The translations under genes and the position numbers were made by a program. Below, piece after piece: positions 40,507 through 50,531 of a DNA stretch of 54,041 nucleotides. Location: the IMG/VR virus record IMGVR_UViG_3300025168_000117; one strand, written 5' to 3'. Every line of letters starts with the position of its first letter. Position 1 is the stretch's first letter. The notes beneath the pieces were generated by a model. It was not told the origin of the DNA. It did no database searches and saw only the letters and a program-made list of their open reading frames with translations. The DNA is from a virus.

Positions 40507-40652
40507 TGAAAGGTGAGTGCTTTCAAGTTTCTGAAATGCAGGATTACATTGCTACAGAATTAGTTAATGACAAAGGAAAATTAAAAGTTTACAAAGCTGA
40601 ATGGATTTATAATCAGCCACAAGAGATTTATATTTTACAGATTGGAGAGTAA
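40488..40652 (+). CDS. Last small ORF of the plus arm (54 aa from the ATG at 40488)
   Basis: This is the in-frame 3' part of track ORF 40212..40652. The long form overlaps two better-supported ORFs and lacks an SD. The start is uncertain (40416 is also possible). Confidence 0.3.
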   Translation: MFSEQLMKGECFQVSEMQDYIATELVNDKGKLKVYKAEWIYNQPQEIYILQIGE

Positions 40653-42845
40653 TTTCTCTATCGTTGATGTGCCTAATCCTGTAATTATTTTATTTAAAGA
40701 ACTAGAGTTTGGGACTTTAAATTCAATTTCATTATCACCTTCTGTTGGAACTTCTATGTTTTCTTGTTGTTTGTCTTCTAGTACTTCCCTTCCTATTGCT
40801 CCTGGGACTGAAGAAGTAAACAAAGGATTATCAAATCGTAACATAAACTGTCTTGTTGATTCTAGCATTCTTGCTCTTTCACCAATCTCTTGTAGTCCTT
40901 CTCTTGCTTCTCTTACAAAAGGAACAGCTCTCGTCCAACCCAAAAGACCCATACTTTCCATAGCAGTGACAACAGTAAAACCAGACCCTGAAACATTTGT
41001 ATTAATTTCAGCTGCAAGAGTAGGGAGAACTTCATCTCTAAAAGATTTAATCTTTAAAATTTCTTCAGGAGAGAATAACTCATCAATAATAAACTTGTTC
41101 TTAACAAAAATATTGTTAAAATTATTTACAATACTTTGTCTTGTCATTTTACCAGTTCTATTAGTAAATGCTTTAAGTAGGATTGTGTCTTTCATTAATG
41201 CTTTAACTTCAACCATTTGCTCTTCTGGAATTAATTTATTTAATTTCTCTAAAACAAGTTTCATTTCGCTTTTTGAATTGAATTTTGCATGACCAAAAAG
41301 AGACTCAATAACTTCTTTAGGAGCATATTGCTGATTAGTTAATTTTGCTAAAATAAGATTCGCTTTTTTCTCTGGTGGTGTTTTCGCCCAGCTTTTCCCA
41401 ATCAGACCCATATATTGTGCATATAATCCTGTTGATTCTTTTAAACTCTCTAAAATTCCTCCATTACCAGAAATAAATCCAGACTCAATACCTTTGTAAA
41501 CTTCACCATCAAGCTGTCTTTTTAATTTTTGAATTAAATTTCTTTCAAATCCTGGACCAGCATTATCTGCAAGAACATTTAATTGCTTCTGTAATGACCA
41601 CAAATCATTAACATTTTGAGGTCCTTTTTTAATTACAAACTTTCCTGTCTTTGCTATTTTTTCCATTCTTTTTAAAACATTAGAAAGATTCGGCAACATT
41701 TTCAAAGTGTCTGCATCAACTTCACTTTTAATAATATTAACCAAATCTTTACCGAGAGTTTTAGAATAAGGTACATTTAAAACTGTATCATCTAATTCCT
41801 TGACAAAATTATATCCACCTTTTGCTTGGATTTTTAAATTTTCTGCAGTGTCGGTTACAATATTTTGAATTTTTTCTCCAGCAGCCAGAGCAACATCATC
41901 AGCTTGAGATATTAAAGGATCTCCAGTTCCCATAATATTCCTTAACTCTTCAGCATCTTTAATTATCATGTTTAATTGCGTTTCATCAAAATTCCTTATA
42001 ATATCTGGTCCTGCTCTACGCATAAGATCTTCTTTTTTTAACAGTTGAAGGTCTTCTGTTCTTTGTCCAATTGTTAAAGGATATTTAGATTTTACCTGTT
42101 CTTTTGGCTTTAATGCATCTGCAGCTTTTTGAATAGCTGGTTGATAACGTGGTGCAGACAATTTACCAGCTCCTTTTACTGCTGCTCTTGTTGCACCTTT
42201 TATTGCTTTTCCTGCAATTCTAAAAGCAGGAGGGATTACAGCATCCGCAGCAACACCTATTCCTGTTGGGATTGCTGTGCCAAGAGCAACATCTCCAATT
42301 GATTTAGACATGCGTTCATTTGTTTTTGGAGCTATAATATTTTCTACTCCTTCACTAACAAGTTCTGTAGCACCATAACCAAGAAGACCTCTTTTAGCTC
42401 TACTTAATACATTCCTTCCTCCTTGAACCCATTTACCAGCAGGAAGATATTTAAGAACCTCACCACCAACTTCAGCAATATCTGTAGAAGATAATCCTGG
42501 TCTATTGATATAAAATGGTTCATCATTCCATATTACAATAGGATTGTTATATTTATCAGCTTTAATCCCTCCCCATTTTGGATCATCTTTAAAAATATTT
42601 TCATAAATTTCAGATTGCTCCCAAGGATTATCAACGAATGCAGCTTTTAAAGAGCTATAAGTTTCTTTTTCAAGTAAACCAAGTGATGGTCCACTCTCCC
42701 CAAACTCTTGCATGTCCATATATTCGTGAGATGGTTGCTCTTCTTCGATAACTTCTTCAACAACAGCACCATTAACAATTTGTGGTTTAACAGTAACTTC
42801 TTCATTGATTTCAATTTTAGCACCATCTAATATATCACCAGCCAT
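40635..42845 (-). CDS. Large internal-virion / ejection-type protein (736 aa)
   Basis: Track ORF and the last gene of the minus arm. Gly/Ala-rich hydrophobic stretches (GDVALGTAIPTGIGVAADAVIPPAFRIAGKAIKGA) are followed by long helical regions. The role is inferred from context. Confidence 0.45.
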   Translation of the reverse strand: MAGDILDGAKIEINEEVTVKPQIVNGAVVEEVIEEEQPSHEYMDMQEFGESGPSLGLLEKETYSSLKAAFVDNPWEQSEIYENIFKDDPKWGGIKADKYNNPIVIWNDEPFYINRPGLSSTDIAEVGGEVLKYLPAGKWVQGGRNVLSRAKRGLLGYGATELVSEGVENIIAPKTNERMSKSIGDVALGTAIPTGIGVAADAVIPPAFRIAGKAIKGATRAAVKGAGKLSAPRYQPAIQKAADALKPKEQVKSKYPLTIGQRTEDLQLLKKEDLMRRAGPDIIRNFDETQLNMIIKDAEELRNIMGTGDPLISQADDVALAAGEKIQNIVTDTAENLKIQAKGGYNFVKELDDTVLNVPYSKTLGKDLVNIIKSEVDADTLKMLPNLSNVLKRMEKIAKTGKFVIKKGPQNVNDLWSLQKQLNVLADNAGPGFERNLIQKLKRQLDGEVYKGIESGFISGNGGILESLKESTGLYAQYMGLIGKSWAKTPPEKKANLILAKLTNQQYAPKEVIESLFGHAKFNSKSEMKLVLEKLNKLIPEEQMVEVKALMKDTILLKAFTNRTGKMTRQSIVNNFNNIFVKNKFIIDELFSPEEILKIKSFRDEVLPTLAAEINTNVSGSGFTVVTAMESMGLLGWTRAVPFVREAREGLQEIGERARMLESTRQFMLRFDNPLFTSSVPGAIGREVLEDKQQENIEVPTEGDNEIEFKVPNSSSLNKIITGLGTSTIEKLLSNL

Positions 42846-43027
42846 TATATATTCATAGCCTTTTCAAGAGTTTTAATTAATTTGTCTTTGCTATAACGTC
42901 TATCAAGTTCTATGCCGATCTCCCTGCCTTTTGCTTCTAATTGTAATTTTGTCATTGAAGACAAATTTTCTTTTGGTTGACTGCTTACAAACAATCTTGT
43001 TAACCACATTCCAAAGCTTTCAGACAT
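42845..43027 (-). CDS. Small protein with HeH/SAP-like motif (60 aa), start moved to MSESFG
   Basis: The ATG at 43027 overlaps the upstream stop (TAATG). MTKLQLEAKGREIGIELDRRYSKDKLIKTLE resembles a helix-extension-helix (Rho-N/SAP-like) DNA-binding motif. Confidence 0.5.
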   Translation of the reverse strand: MSESFGMWLTRLFVSSQPKENLSSMTKLQLEAKGREIGIELDRRYSKDKLIKTLEKAMNI

Positions 43028-44556
43028 TATTGCTTCCCATTCCAACCTTTTATTATATATGTATTATCACCTACTGCCCACCCATTATTAATAGCAACAC
43101 CACCTCTAGGAATTTCATCCCACCAAGCTCGTACTTCTTTCTGTGCTTCTTTTTCTCTAGCTTCACCTTCTGGCATTGCTTTAACTTCATCAGAGTTTCC
43201 TGGGAATTTGTAGAATATTCCTGAGTCCATTGCATTAATAGTTTTATTTATTGCCTCTGGAGAAAGCTTAGGATCGTTCCAAAGTTGTTGTTCTGCTTGA
43301 GCAAGTCTTTTATTATTCTCTGTGCTTCGTCTTAACAAGTATAAACTTATATAATTCGCTTTTGGAGTATTTCCTAAATCTAATACAGCTTTTTGATAAG
43401 CTTTAAACTCCATATCAGAAGTTGAACCAGAACCAACTGGACGCATCAATGGTGCTAATGCGAAAGACATAGCTTGAATGTTTTCTTCGTCAGAAACACT
43501 AGAGACATCTATACCAAATATCTGTCTAGCTGCTTGTTTAAATGGTAAAAATTTCTCTTGAAGAAAACCTGTGTCAGTGTTGCCAGACAATAATGCTTCC
43601 ATTATACCTTCTGTCCTTGGTAAAACATTATTAGACTTATTAAGAGCTGTGTCTAAAGTTTTATTTAAAAGTTTTAATCTTTCCTGTCTTATTTGAACAA
43701 TTGGTGGGTCTTGACTTTTAACTGGTGTTTTCATAAAGACACTTTCAACTTTACCATTATTAACACCAACACCGAAATTTTTATAAGAATTTCCAGAAAC
43801 ATAAAGTTGACCATCTAGATTTTTATCTGTTGTAGTAATTTGATTGATAATATTTTCAAATCCTGCAGCACCAGAAGGTACACCAGATTGGATTAAAAAC
43901 TCTTTTGCTTTAGCTCTAGCTTCTTCATCAGTTGCTCCATATTGCCAAAAAACATCTCCAAGCTCAGAAGCTTTAAAACTTGAAGCTGCAGTGCTTAACG
44001 GAAATAAAAATGCTTTATCTAAAGTGTCATTTAAATAAGTTCCTTTGATGCCCATTTGATTTCCTTGGGCATTTATAACTGGAGTTCCCACCATTAAATC
44101 ATTTGAAGCAGTTATATTTTTGTAAAAATCACCAAATTTCTCTTTCGGATATTGTGCTAATGCGTTTGCTTCAGACATATAAGTTGCAGCACCAATATCT
44201 AAATTTTTAATTGATTTTGGTTTATTCAATGCAGCTGATAATGATACAGCTCCTGTTAATATGTCTTTGTTTCTTGTTGCATCTATTTGTTTTTGTGCCA
44301 TTCTTGTTTTTAAGAACTCTTGCCCTGCAGATCCTGCAGCACCAATTGCTGTTGCTCCTGGTTTCGAAGACTCTTCAGCCATCTTAGTAAAGAAAAGGAA
44401 TGCTTGCTCTTCAGGAGATAAAAGATTCTGCTGAGGATAAGCACTTTCCATAAGATTTAAATATGGAGCTAATGCACCAAGTTGAGGATTTAAATTGTTT
44501 GCATTAGTTCCAGAAGCACCTAATTGCATTATTTTTTTTGTAAAATCTGTAGCCAT
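43027..44556 (-). CDS. Internal-virion-type protein carrying the APLMRPVGSGS..DMEF..YQK motif (509 aa)
   Basis: Track ORF. The motif at 43423..43455 is 29/33 nt identical to 18344..18376. Confidence 0.5.
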   Translation of the reverse strand: MATDFTKKIMQLGASGTNANNLNPQLGALAPYLNLMESAYPQQNLLSPEEQAFLFFTKMAEESSKPGATAIGAAGSAGQEFLKTRMAQKQIDATRNKDILTGAVSLSAALNKPKSIKNLDIGAATYMSEANALAQYPKEKFGDFYKNITASNDLMVGTPVINAQGNQMGIKGTYLNDTLDKAFLFPLSTAASSFKASELGDVFWQYGATDEEARAKAKEFLIQSGVPSGAAGFENIINQITTTDKNLDGQLYVSGNSYKNFGVGVNNGKVESVFMKTPVKSQDPPIVQIRQERLKLLNKTLDTALNKSNNVLPRTEGIMEALLSGNTDTGFLQEKFLPFKQAARQIFGIDVSSVSDEENIQAMSFALAPLMRPVGSGSTSDMEFKAYQKAVLDLGNTPKANYISLYLLRRSTENNKRLAQAEQQLWNDPKLSPEAINKTINAMDSGIFYKFPGNSDEVKAMPEGEAREKEAQKEVRAWWDEIPRGGVAINNGWAVGDNTYIIKGWNGKQ

Positions 44557-45623
44557 TATGATAACATCCTGTATGCACTATAAAGAGAACCGAGACCACC
44601 AAGTGTTTGTCCATACACACTTGGTGATTGTATTACTTCACCACCACGTTGCATCGCAAATTCACGAGTTTCATAAGGAATCCCTTTTAAAGCACCGATT
44701 GCAAAATTTAATGAACTAAAAGGATATTCCCTTTGCTCTACGAAATCTCTGTATGCTAATTCTAAAGCTTGCGTATCTAAAGTTCTTTCAGCTTCTCCTG
44801 CACCTAATTTTCCAGCAGCTTCTTGCTCTGTTAAACTTTGGACCAAAGGAGCGATATCTTGATAAGCTCTTGCTCCTGTTAAACGAGCTGTTTGCGTTAA
44901 ATCAAAAGTTCTTTCTTCCCGACTTTTATCTCTTTCTGCTTGTGCTGCGGAAAATTCTAATCCTCTAGTACCAGCATCAGCAAGTATTCTTCCTCTTTCT
45001 CTTGCTTCATTCCTAGTTAATTCTGCTTGCTCAACTCCCATCCTGGAATTACCGAAAGCACCACCACCATAAATTGCTGAAGCATCTTGTCTTGCTCTTC
45101 CGAATGTTTGAGAGACATCTTCTAAAGCAGGATTTACAGCATTCATAAAAGTTGGCATATATTTATCTACATCTGCTTGCCCAAAAGCTTGTGGTTGAAG
45201 TTGTCCTATATTACTTGTAAAATCACTAAGCAAACCTTCTGTTCCTCTAACTCCTTCTTTTCCCTCTATATATCCTCGCCAATCTCCACCTTGTTGCATT
45301 AATTGCTGTACAGCTTGTTGCTCTTGAACTGTTAATTTAGAAAGTTCGCTTGAAGGATTGGTTAATCTTTGAGAAGTCTGTCCTGTATCAGGATCTGTAA
45401 CAGTTTCATAATTTAATTCTGCAGCTGTCCCATCTTCTCCAAGTTTGCCATAAACAGGAAGACGAGCACTATCAAAAGTTTGCAATGGATTTTCAGCTAA
45501 ATTTACTGCCTCGGCAAATAAAAGTTGACCACCTTTTGATACCCATTCAGGTATCTGTGTTCCTTCAAGAACATCAGTTTCTGTAGGAATTATCTCTGTT
45601 TGAGCTGTACACATACCACCCAT
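44556..45623 (-). CDS. Internal-virion-type protein (355 aa)
   Basis: Track ORF with a Gln/Ala/Glu-rich helical middle. The C-terminal FVEQREYPFSSLNFAIGALKGIPYE pattern is reminiscent of podovirus internal proteins (by eye). Confidence 0.45.
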   Translation of the reverse strand: MGGMCTAQTEIIPTETDVLEGTQIPEWVSKGGQLLFAEAVNLAENPLQTFDSARLPVYGKLGEDGTAAELNYETVTDPDTGQTSQRLTNPSSELSKLTVQEQQAVQQLMQQGGDWRGYIEGKEGVRGTEGLLSDFTSNIGQLQPQAFGQADVDKYMPTFMNAVNPALEDVSQTFGRARQDASAIYGGGAFGNSRMGVEQAELTRNEARERGRILADAGTRGLEFSAAQAERDKSREERTFDLTQTARLTGARAYQDIAPLVQSLTEQEAAGKLGAGEAERTLDTQALELAYRDFVEQREYPFSSLNFAIGALKGIPYETREFAMQRGGEVIQSPSVYGQTLGGLGSLYSAYRMLS

Positions 45624-45626
45624 TAG

Positions 45627-46067
45627 TTATTTCTCCACATAAGTACAACCAGCTTTAACAAAGCCAAGTTTTTCATAAAAATTATCTTTTCTTTCAATAT
45701 CACCAAAATATATGTGTCCTAATCTTATATTTAATTTAGCTTCTTTTCCAACATTAATAAATTCTTTTATTAAAGAAATCCCTGCTTTAGTTTTTCTATA
45801 TTCTTCTAAAACAAAAAACCAAAGATCTCCTAAAAGTTTTTCTTTAGAGAACCAATCTTCTGCAGCAAAACCTCCAATAGAGCCTATTAATTTTTTATCT
45901 TCATTTATAGCCACAACTACAACTCCGACTTTCATAGCATTAACTACAGAATCAGTAACTTTCCCAACATCTAAAGTTGGTATTTTTACTTCTGCTTCGC
46001 TATGCATTTTCATTATTAAATGGATTAATGCAGAGATATCTAAAGCATTTGCTCTTCGAAGCTCCAT
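45627..46067 (-). CDS. GNAT-family N-acetyltransferase (146 aa)
   Basis: The size and pattern fit the family. The beta4-alpha3 region FFVLEEYRKTKAGISLIKEF corresponds to the acetyl-CoA-binding (Q/R)xxGxG/A-type motif. The C-terminus reads FYEKLGFVKAG. Confidence 0.7.
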   Translation of the reverse strand: MELRRANALDISALIHLIMKMHSEAEVKIPTLDVGKVTDSVVNAMKVGVVVVAINEDKKLIGSIGGFAAEDWFSKEKLLGDLWFFVLEEYRKTKAGISLIKEFINVGKEAKLNIRLGHIYFGDIERKDNFYEKLGFVKAGCTYVEK

Positions 46068-46423
46068 TACATCATTCCACCTAATGCACCCATTTCATTT
46101 TCTACAGTTCTTTCAGATTGTGCAGCACCTAATTGAGCCATCAATGGTTCAAGCTCTGGGAGTAATTTCATCAAAATTCTAGCTGTATTGCTATCAATAA
46201 CTCTGTCCAGTTGCTGGAGCTCTTGAGGAGCTAAACTTTCTAAACGTGACATTAAAACAATTTGTATGTTAGGATCTGCAGCCATCATCATTCCTGATTG
46301 CTCTTCACCCATAGCTTGGTTTAATGTCGGAGAAGCTCCTTCTGGCACTGGGGCAGGTGCAGAGGGTTGGGCTGGAGCTTCTCTAACAGTTTCTTGCATC
46401 ATCATTTCATCTTCAATTGCCAA
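46067..46423 (-). CDS. Met/Gln/Pro-rich small protein (118 aa from the TTG at 46423)
   Basis: Track ORF 46067..46477 begins at a TTG. The in-frame TTG at 46421..46423 lies 7 nt after AAGGAG (46431..46436) and reduces the overlap with the upstream gene to 11 nt. Confidence 0.55.
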   Translation of the reverse strand: MAIEDEMMMQETVREAPAQPSAPAPVPEGASPTLNQAMGEEQSGMMMAADPNIQIVLMSRLESLAPQELQQLDRVIDSNTARILMKLLPELEPLMAQLGAAQSERTVENEMGALGGMM

Positions 46424-47978
46424 TTTTCTTCTCCTTGTAAAGTATTGACCAATCAGACTGCTCACAGAACACCCCAATCACCCAACAGGTTGGTTCACCA
46501 ATTCTTCTATATAGTTTGCCTAAATAATCTGGTTTGTCCCTTTTGCCATATATATAAGCAATTTCATTAGCACGATGTTGAGCTAAATGTCTGAAAAGCT
46601 TAACAAAACGACCTTTTCGCATTTGTTTAACTATAGAAATTGCCCACACGTGATAACCTTTTACATGAGTTGGTGTTAAATAGTCTCTTGTAAATTTATA
46701 ATCTAAAATAACATCTTGTCTAGTTAATAGTTTTTGATTCATAAGTTCATTACAAATAACTCTTCCACCACTAGCAACCATAGAACCGATAGTTGAACCG
46801 ATAAAACCTCCAACTGGACCACCAATTGCTGTTCCTATTGCTGAACCGACTGTTGCTCCGAATGCAGAGTCTGCTGCTTCTTCTACTCTTTCCATAGGTT
46901 TACCACTACCAGTTATAAGATTAACACCGAAACTAACAGCAAAACTACTTGCCATTGCTGTTGGTGCGAATGCAGAGTCTGCTCTGGCTCCAAATGCATC
47001 TTTACTCCAGAAACTCGGATCTCCTGCGATAGAATCTGTAACAGAGCTTGTTATTGGAGCTACAGAACCACCCATAGTTTGACCATAGCCATAACTTCCT
47101 ACAGATGGTGCTCCTGCTGAAACTGCATTTGAAGTAGCAGCTGAACTTAAATAGGAAGGGGATGTCCCTCCATAAGTCGGTCTAAAAGCAGGTTTAACAG
47201 AACTATTATATATTGATTGGCTTCCCACTGGTTTTTGATAAGTTCCTTGAGTAGCTTTCCCTGACATGTATTGTGGATTAGTTCCAGATTTGTGATAGAT
47301 ACCATCTTTAGTTTTAAGCATAGTATTTGAATCAAAATCTACAGCACCAGCCTTATTTAATTCTGGACTGTATTCATATCCTTGAGGTGCTTTATTTGCT
47401 ATTGCTTGAGCTTTCTCCATGTCTGTTTTATAAAAAGGTGTTGCTTTTTTAACAGAATATAATCCTACAGAATCTCCACCCATCTCTGCTTGTGCTGCTT
47501 GAGTTAATCTAGCATCTGAACCAAGAGGATCAAAACCAAGACTTCCTATTGTATTACCAGAAGCATATAATGCTGCTTCTGCCCCTTCTTGAAGGAAAGG
47601 TTTAATAGTTTCTCCACCAACTTGCTTTAAAATATCTATTGTTGAGATCTCTTCAGGAGTTAATTCATCTCTTCTTTGGTCTGCTTCTGCGATCCAAGCT
47701 TTATCTTCATCAGAGAAATTCTCCCATGCTTCAAACATTTTAATAGGATCACCACCAGAGTCTGTTCTTAATCTTTGGTAAATAAATCTTTGAGAAGGAT
47801 TATAGCCTGTGCCATAGAAATAACCACCACCAGATTTATCATCTAAGCCTACATTATAATATTCTGTTTTGTATGGTATTCCTGTTCCTTCTTCAGTATA
47901 TTGACTTCCTAAAGATCCTAAAGTTCCTAATCCAGAACCGATTATTCCACCACCTGCTCCTGTTACTGGTTCAGCCAT
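46413..47978 (-). CDS. Gly-rich virion protein with conserved-looking C-terminal domain (521 aa)
   Basis: Track ORF with Gly/Ser/Ala-rich N-terminal and middle parts. The C-terminus reads GRVICNELMNQKLLTRQDVILDYKFTRDYLTPTHVKGYHVWAISIVKQMR. Confidence 0.6.
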   Translation of the reverse strand: MAEPVTGAGGGIIGSGLGTLGSLGSQYTEEGTGIPYKTEYYNVGLDDKSGGGYFYGTGYNPSQRFIYQRLRTDSGGDPIKMFEAWENFSDEDKAWIAEADQRRDELTPEEISTIDILKQVGGETIKPFLQEGAEAALYASGNTIGSLGFDPLGSDARLTQAAQAEMGGDSVGLYSVKKATPFYKTDMEKAQAIANKAPQGYEYSPELNKAGAVDFDSNTMLKTKDGIYHKSGTNPQYMSGKATQGTYQKPVGSQSIYNSSVKPAFRPTYGGTSPSYLSSAATSNAVSAGAPSVGSYGYGQTMGGSVAPITSSVTDSIAGDPSFWSKDAFGARADSAFAPTAMASSFAVSFGVNLITGSGKPMERVEEAADSAFGATVGSAIGTAIGGPVGGFIGSTIGSMVASGGRVICNELMNQKLLTRQDVILDYKFTRDYLTPTHVKGYHVWAISIVKQMRKGRFVKLFRHLAQHRANEIAYIYGKRDKPDYLGKLYRRIGEPTCWVIGVFCEQSDWSILYKEKKIGN

Positions 47979-48232
47979 TACCCTATTACTCCTCTATTCT
48001 TTAAATCTGTTATTAATGTTCCTAAAACATCTGCTATTTCTGCTAATGTAGTGGCATCTGCATCTAAAGCTCTATCTTCTGTCACATTCGCAACAGTGTA
48101 ATTTTGTATAGATGCAGCTAAATTTGTATTTGATAAATTAAGCTCTAATTGATTTATTAAAGTATTTGCCCATCTGGCATTATAATCTGCAGGAGCACTT
48201 GGTAATCTTCCTCTTCTATTACCTGTTGTCAT
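47978..48232 (-). CDS. Small virion-module protein (84 aa)
   Basis: Track ORF coupled at both ends (ATGA / TAATG). Confidence 0.65.
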   Translation of the reverse strand: MTTGNRRGRLPSAPADYNARWANTLINQLELNLSNTNLAASIQNYTVANVTEDRALDADATTLAEIADVLGTLITDLKNRGVIG

Positions 48233-50073
48233 CTCATTCCATCTCCTCTTATATTTAACCTAAATCTTCCAAGAGACCAAGCATCTCCAGTTGCAGAACT
48301 AGAAAAACGGAATGACATTTGCCTTCCTTTAGCTCTAACACTTACTTTACTTGTACTTTGGGAAATAGTAAATGGTCCTTTTGAAGTTTCTGTGCCATTT
48401 GGGAATTGTTTTGATTTCAAAGTTAAGTCAAAGCTCCCTGTAACAGTGGCATCTGGTATCACTCTGTCAACCATGAAAAGGTTTGTACCATCAGGAGAAT
48501 CAGCCAATGACAGCTCCATTGGTGAGCTTTCTACAAAAGCTGTCATTGCAGCTCCATTGTCATCTGTGCCAGTTTCTTGGTTGTAAAGTCTACCATCTGG
48601 ATCTGCTGCATAAGGAACAGTTCTAACACCAAAAGAGTCATGCCAAGTTGTTCTTGCCATAGAACCTAGTGTCCAAACATTTTCTTCGTAATTGTAAATA
48701 ATATATTTGTCTGGCTCTTCATCAGAAGAAGAGTCGCTTACATAAAACCACATAACTTCTTTAAATTGACGATTTAGAGCTCCGAATATTTTTTGCGTTT
48801 GTTGAGAGTTTAATGTATCAAAAATAAAAAATTGCATAGGACAAGGAAGTTCTTTAACAGCACCATCAAACATGAAGAAATTATTCCTGCCCATCCAATA
48901 AACTGTTCCTGACTCATTAACCATTGAACGTAAAGATATTGGACCACAACCAGTTCCTAGTAATCTAAAAGCAAATGTAAAAGGTGGACCAACAAAAGCC
49001 ATACCATACATAGCTTCATCAGTTCCTATAAATATCTCTTCACGAGTTCCAACTGCAGCCATAATTTTCGTTCCTTCTTGTAATCTTTGGCTACCTGCTG
49101 TTGTTGCTGCGGAAACAGTCCAATTGTTGTAATCTCCTTGGTTTGACCAAGCAATAAGCATAGGGTCTTGTGCACTTACAGAGCTATCATAAGATCCCAT
49201 AGAAACGACATGTCTATCAGGAAAAGATAATGTAGTAAATCTAGATGTAATTGGTGCATTACTTATTAAAACTGCTCGTGTTGCAACTCCAGAAGAGGCA
49301 TCCCAGTAATAACTTTTATTATTACTTACTGTTGCAATAAGATCTTCTCCCCAAAGATTTAAACTCCATATTGTTAATTCTAATGTAACAGAACTTCCTG
49401 AACGAGCTGTTCCCCAAGTAGAGCCACCCCATGTTCCTGTGCCATATCCTAATGCTGTTGATGCTGTAGCATTATTCATTCCTTCATCTTTGCCAATTAA
49501 ATATTTTGCTGTTACAGAGCCACCACCACCAGCTCCTGTTGCATCTGCTGCTGTTAATGATGTAATTTGATAAGCATTAACAGAAGTAATTGCTCCTATT
49601 TTATAAGCACCCTCAATAGTAACATTATTAAAAGTTGCTGCGTTTGAAAAAGATACGATCTCCCCTGTAACTGCATCATGTCCTGTGTCTGTAACTGTAA
49701 CTGTTTTTGATCCATTAGCTGTTGTAAAAGGATTAGCACCTAAACTGCTTGTTTTTCTTAAAGGTGTTATATCATAAAATTGACCATCTAACAAAATTAA
49801 AAGTTGCTCTTCTGTCCCCAGTGCAACAAAATCTGTTCCATTTAAAGATCTCCAATTAACCATAGCTCTGCATTTACCAGCAGGAAGAGTTGTAGAAGAT
49901 GTTATTGTAGGTGGTGTAGTAGTTTCTTGTTGCCAACCACCTATTTTAGATGGAAAACCATTCTCAAAACGGATTTTATCTCCATCAACCCAATATGGAC
50001 CAATTTGTCCAGCAGTATAAGAAGGAATGTCTTTTACAATTCCTGGTTTTATATCAATCCCTGTTAATGGCAT
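48229..50073 (-). CDS. Putative tail tubular / nozzle-type protein (614 aa)
   Basis: Track ORF. The N-terminal MPLTGIDIKPGIVKDIPSYTAGQIGPYWVDGDKIRFENGFPSKIGGWQ resembles podovirus tail proteins by eye. The composition is beta-rich. Confidence 0.4.
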   Translation of the reverse strand: MPLTGIDIKPGIVKDIPSYTAGQIGPYWVDGDKIRFENGFPSKIGGWQQETTTPPTITSSTTLPAGKCRAMVNWRSLNGTDFVALGTEEQLLILLDGQFYDITPLRKTSSLGANPFTTANGSKTVTVTDTGHDAVTGEIVSFSNAATFNNVTIEGAYKIGAITSVNAYQITSLTAADATGAGGGGSVTAKYLIGKDEGMNNATASTALGYGTGTWGGSTWGTARSGSSVTLELTIWSLNLWGEDLIATVSNNKSYYWDASSGVATRAVLISNAPITSRFTTLSFPDRHVVSMGSYDSSVSAQDPMLIAWSNQGDYNNWTVSAATTAGSQRLQEGTKIMAAVGTREEIFIGTDEAMYGMAFVGPPFTFAFRLLGTGCGPISLRSMVNESGTVYWMGRNNFFMFDGAVKELPCPMQFFIFDTLNSQQTQKIFGALNRQFKEVMWFYVSDSSSDEEPDKYIIYNYEENVWTLGSMARTTWHDSFGVRTVPYAADPDGRLYNQETGTDDNGAAMTAFVESSPMELSLADSPDGTNLFMVDRVIPDATVTGSFDLTLKSKQFPNGTETSKGPFTISQSTSKVSVRAKGRQMSFRFSSSATGDAWSLGRFRLNIRGDGMR

Positions 50074-50075
50074 TA

Positions 50076-50531
50076 TTAGTCTTCCTTTTTAACTATTTCT
50101 TTTTTCTTTATCTTAGTACCATTTTTAATGTTCCCTATCATGCCTACACCTCCTTTGGCAACCCTATACCCAAAAGAAGCACTAATGCTAATATATATAC
50201 AGTTTGCAAACCAATCAGGAGTGCTTTCATCAAGGAATATAAATCCTTTTTGTACAGCATCCTGCGTCCAAGGTATAAAGCATCCTGCTAGCACAGCAAT
50301 AAAGAATATTGTCCATGCTTCATCTTTCCAAGAACCACCCATTTGCTCTGTTAAAGATTTCTCCATATCAAGCTCGCCAGTTGCTTGTTTCTCATAAACT
50401 GTGGCTTCAGCTTTTGCTCTTGCTACTTTTATTGATGTTAAAGCTTTCTTCTCTTCTACTTTGCCTTTCACCCATGAACCTGCAATATCACCAACTGCTC
50501 CGAGTAATCCTCCAATTAAAGGTAATGCCAT
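50076..50531 (-). CDS. Membrane protein resembling 3-TM holins of the gene-transfer-agent type (151 aa), start moved to MALPLIGG
   Basis: The ATG at 50531 overlaps the upstream stop (TAATG). The N-terminal amphipathic LPLIGGLLGAVGDIAGSWV is followed by a charged helix, then SWKDEAWTIFFIAVLAGCFIPW and further hydrophobic segments. The family assignment is tentative. Confidence 0.45.
   Translation of the reverse strand: MALPLIGGLLGAVGDIAGSWVKGKVEEKKALTSIKVARAKAEATVYEKQATGELDMEKSLTEQMGGSWKDEAWTIFFIAVLAGCFIPWTQDAVQKGFIFLDESTPDWFANCIYISISASFGYRVAKGGVGMIGNIKNGTKIKKKEIVKKED

Noticed and set aside
40212-40652. The 146-aa track ORF as a single gene.
   Set aside because: Its first ~40 codons overlap the better-supported 62-aa ORF, which has a GAGGAGG SD. 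No SD precedes its ATG, and its N-terminal translation is hydrophobic and low-complexity. It was split into smaller models with stated uncertainty.
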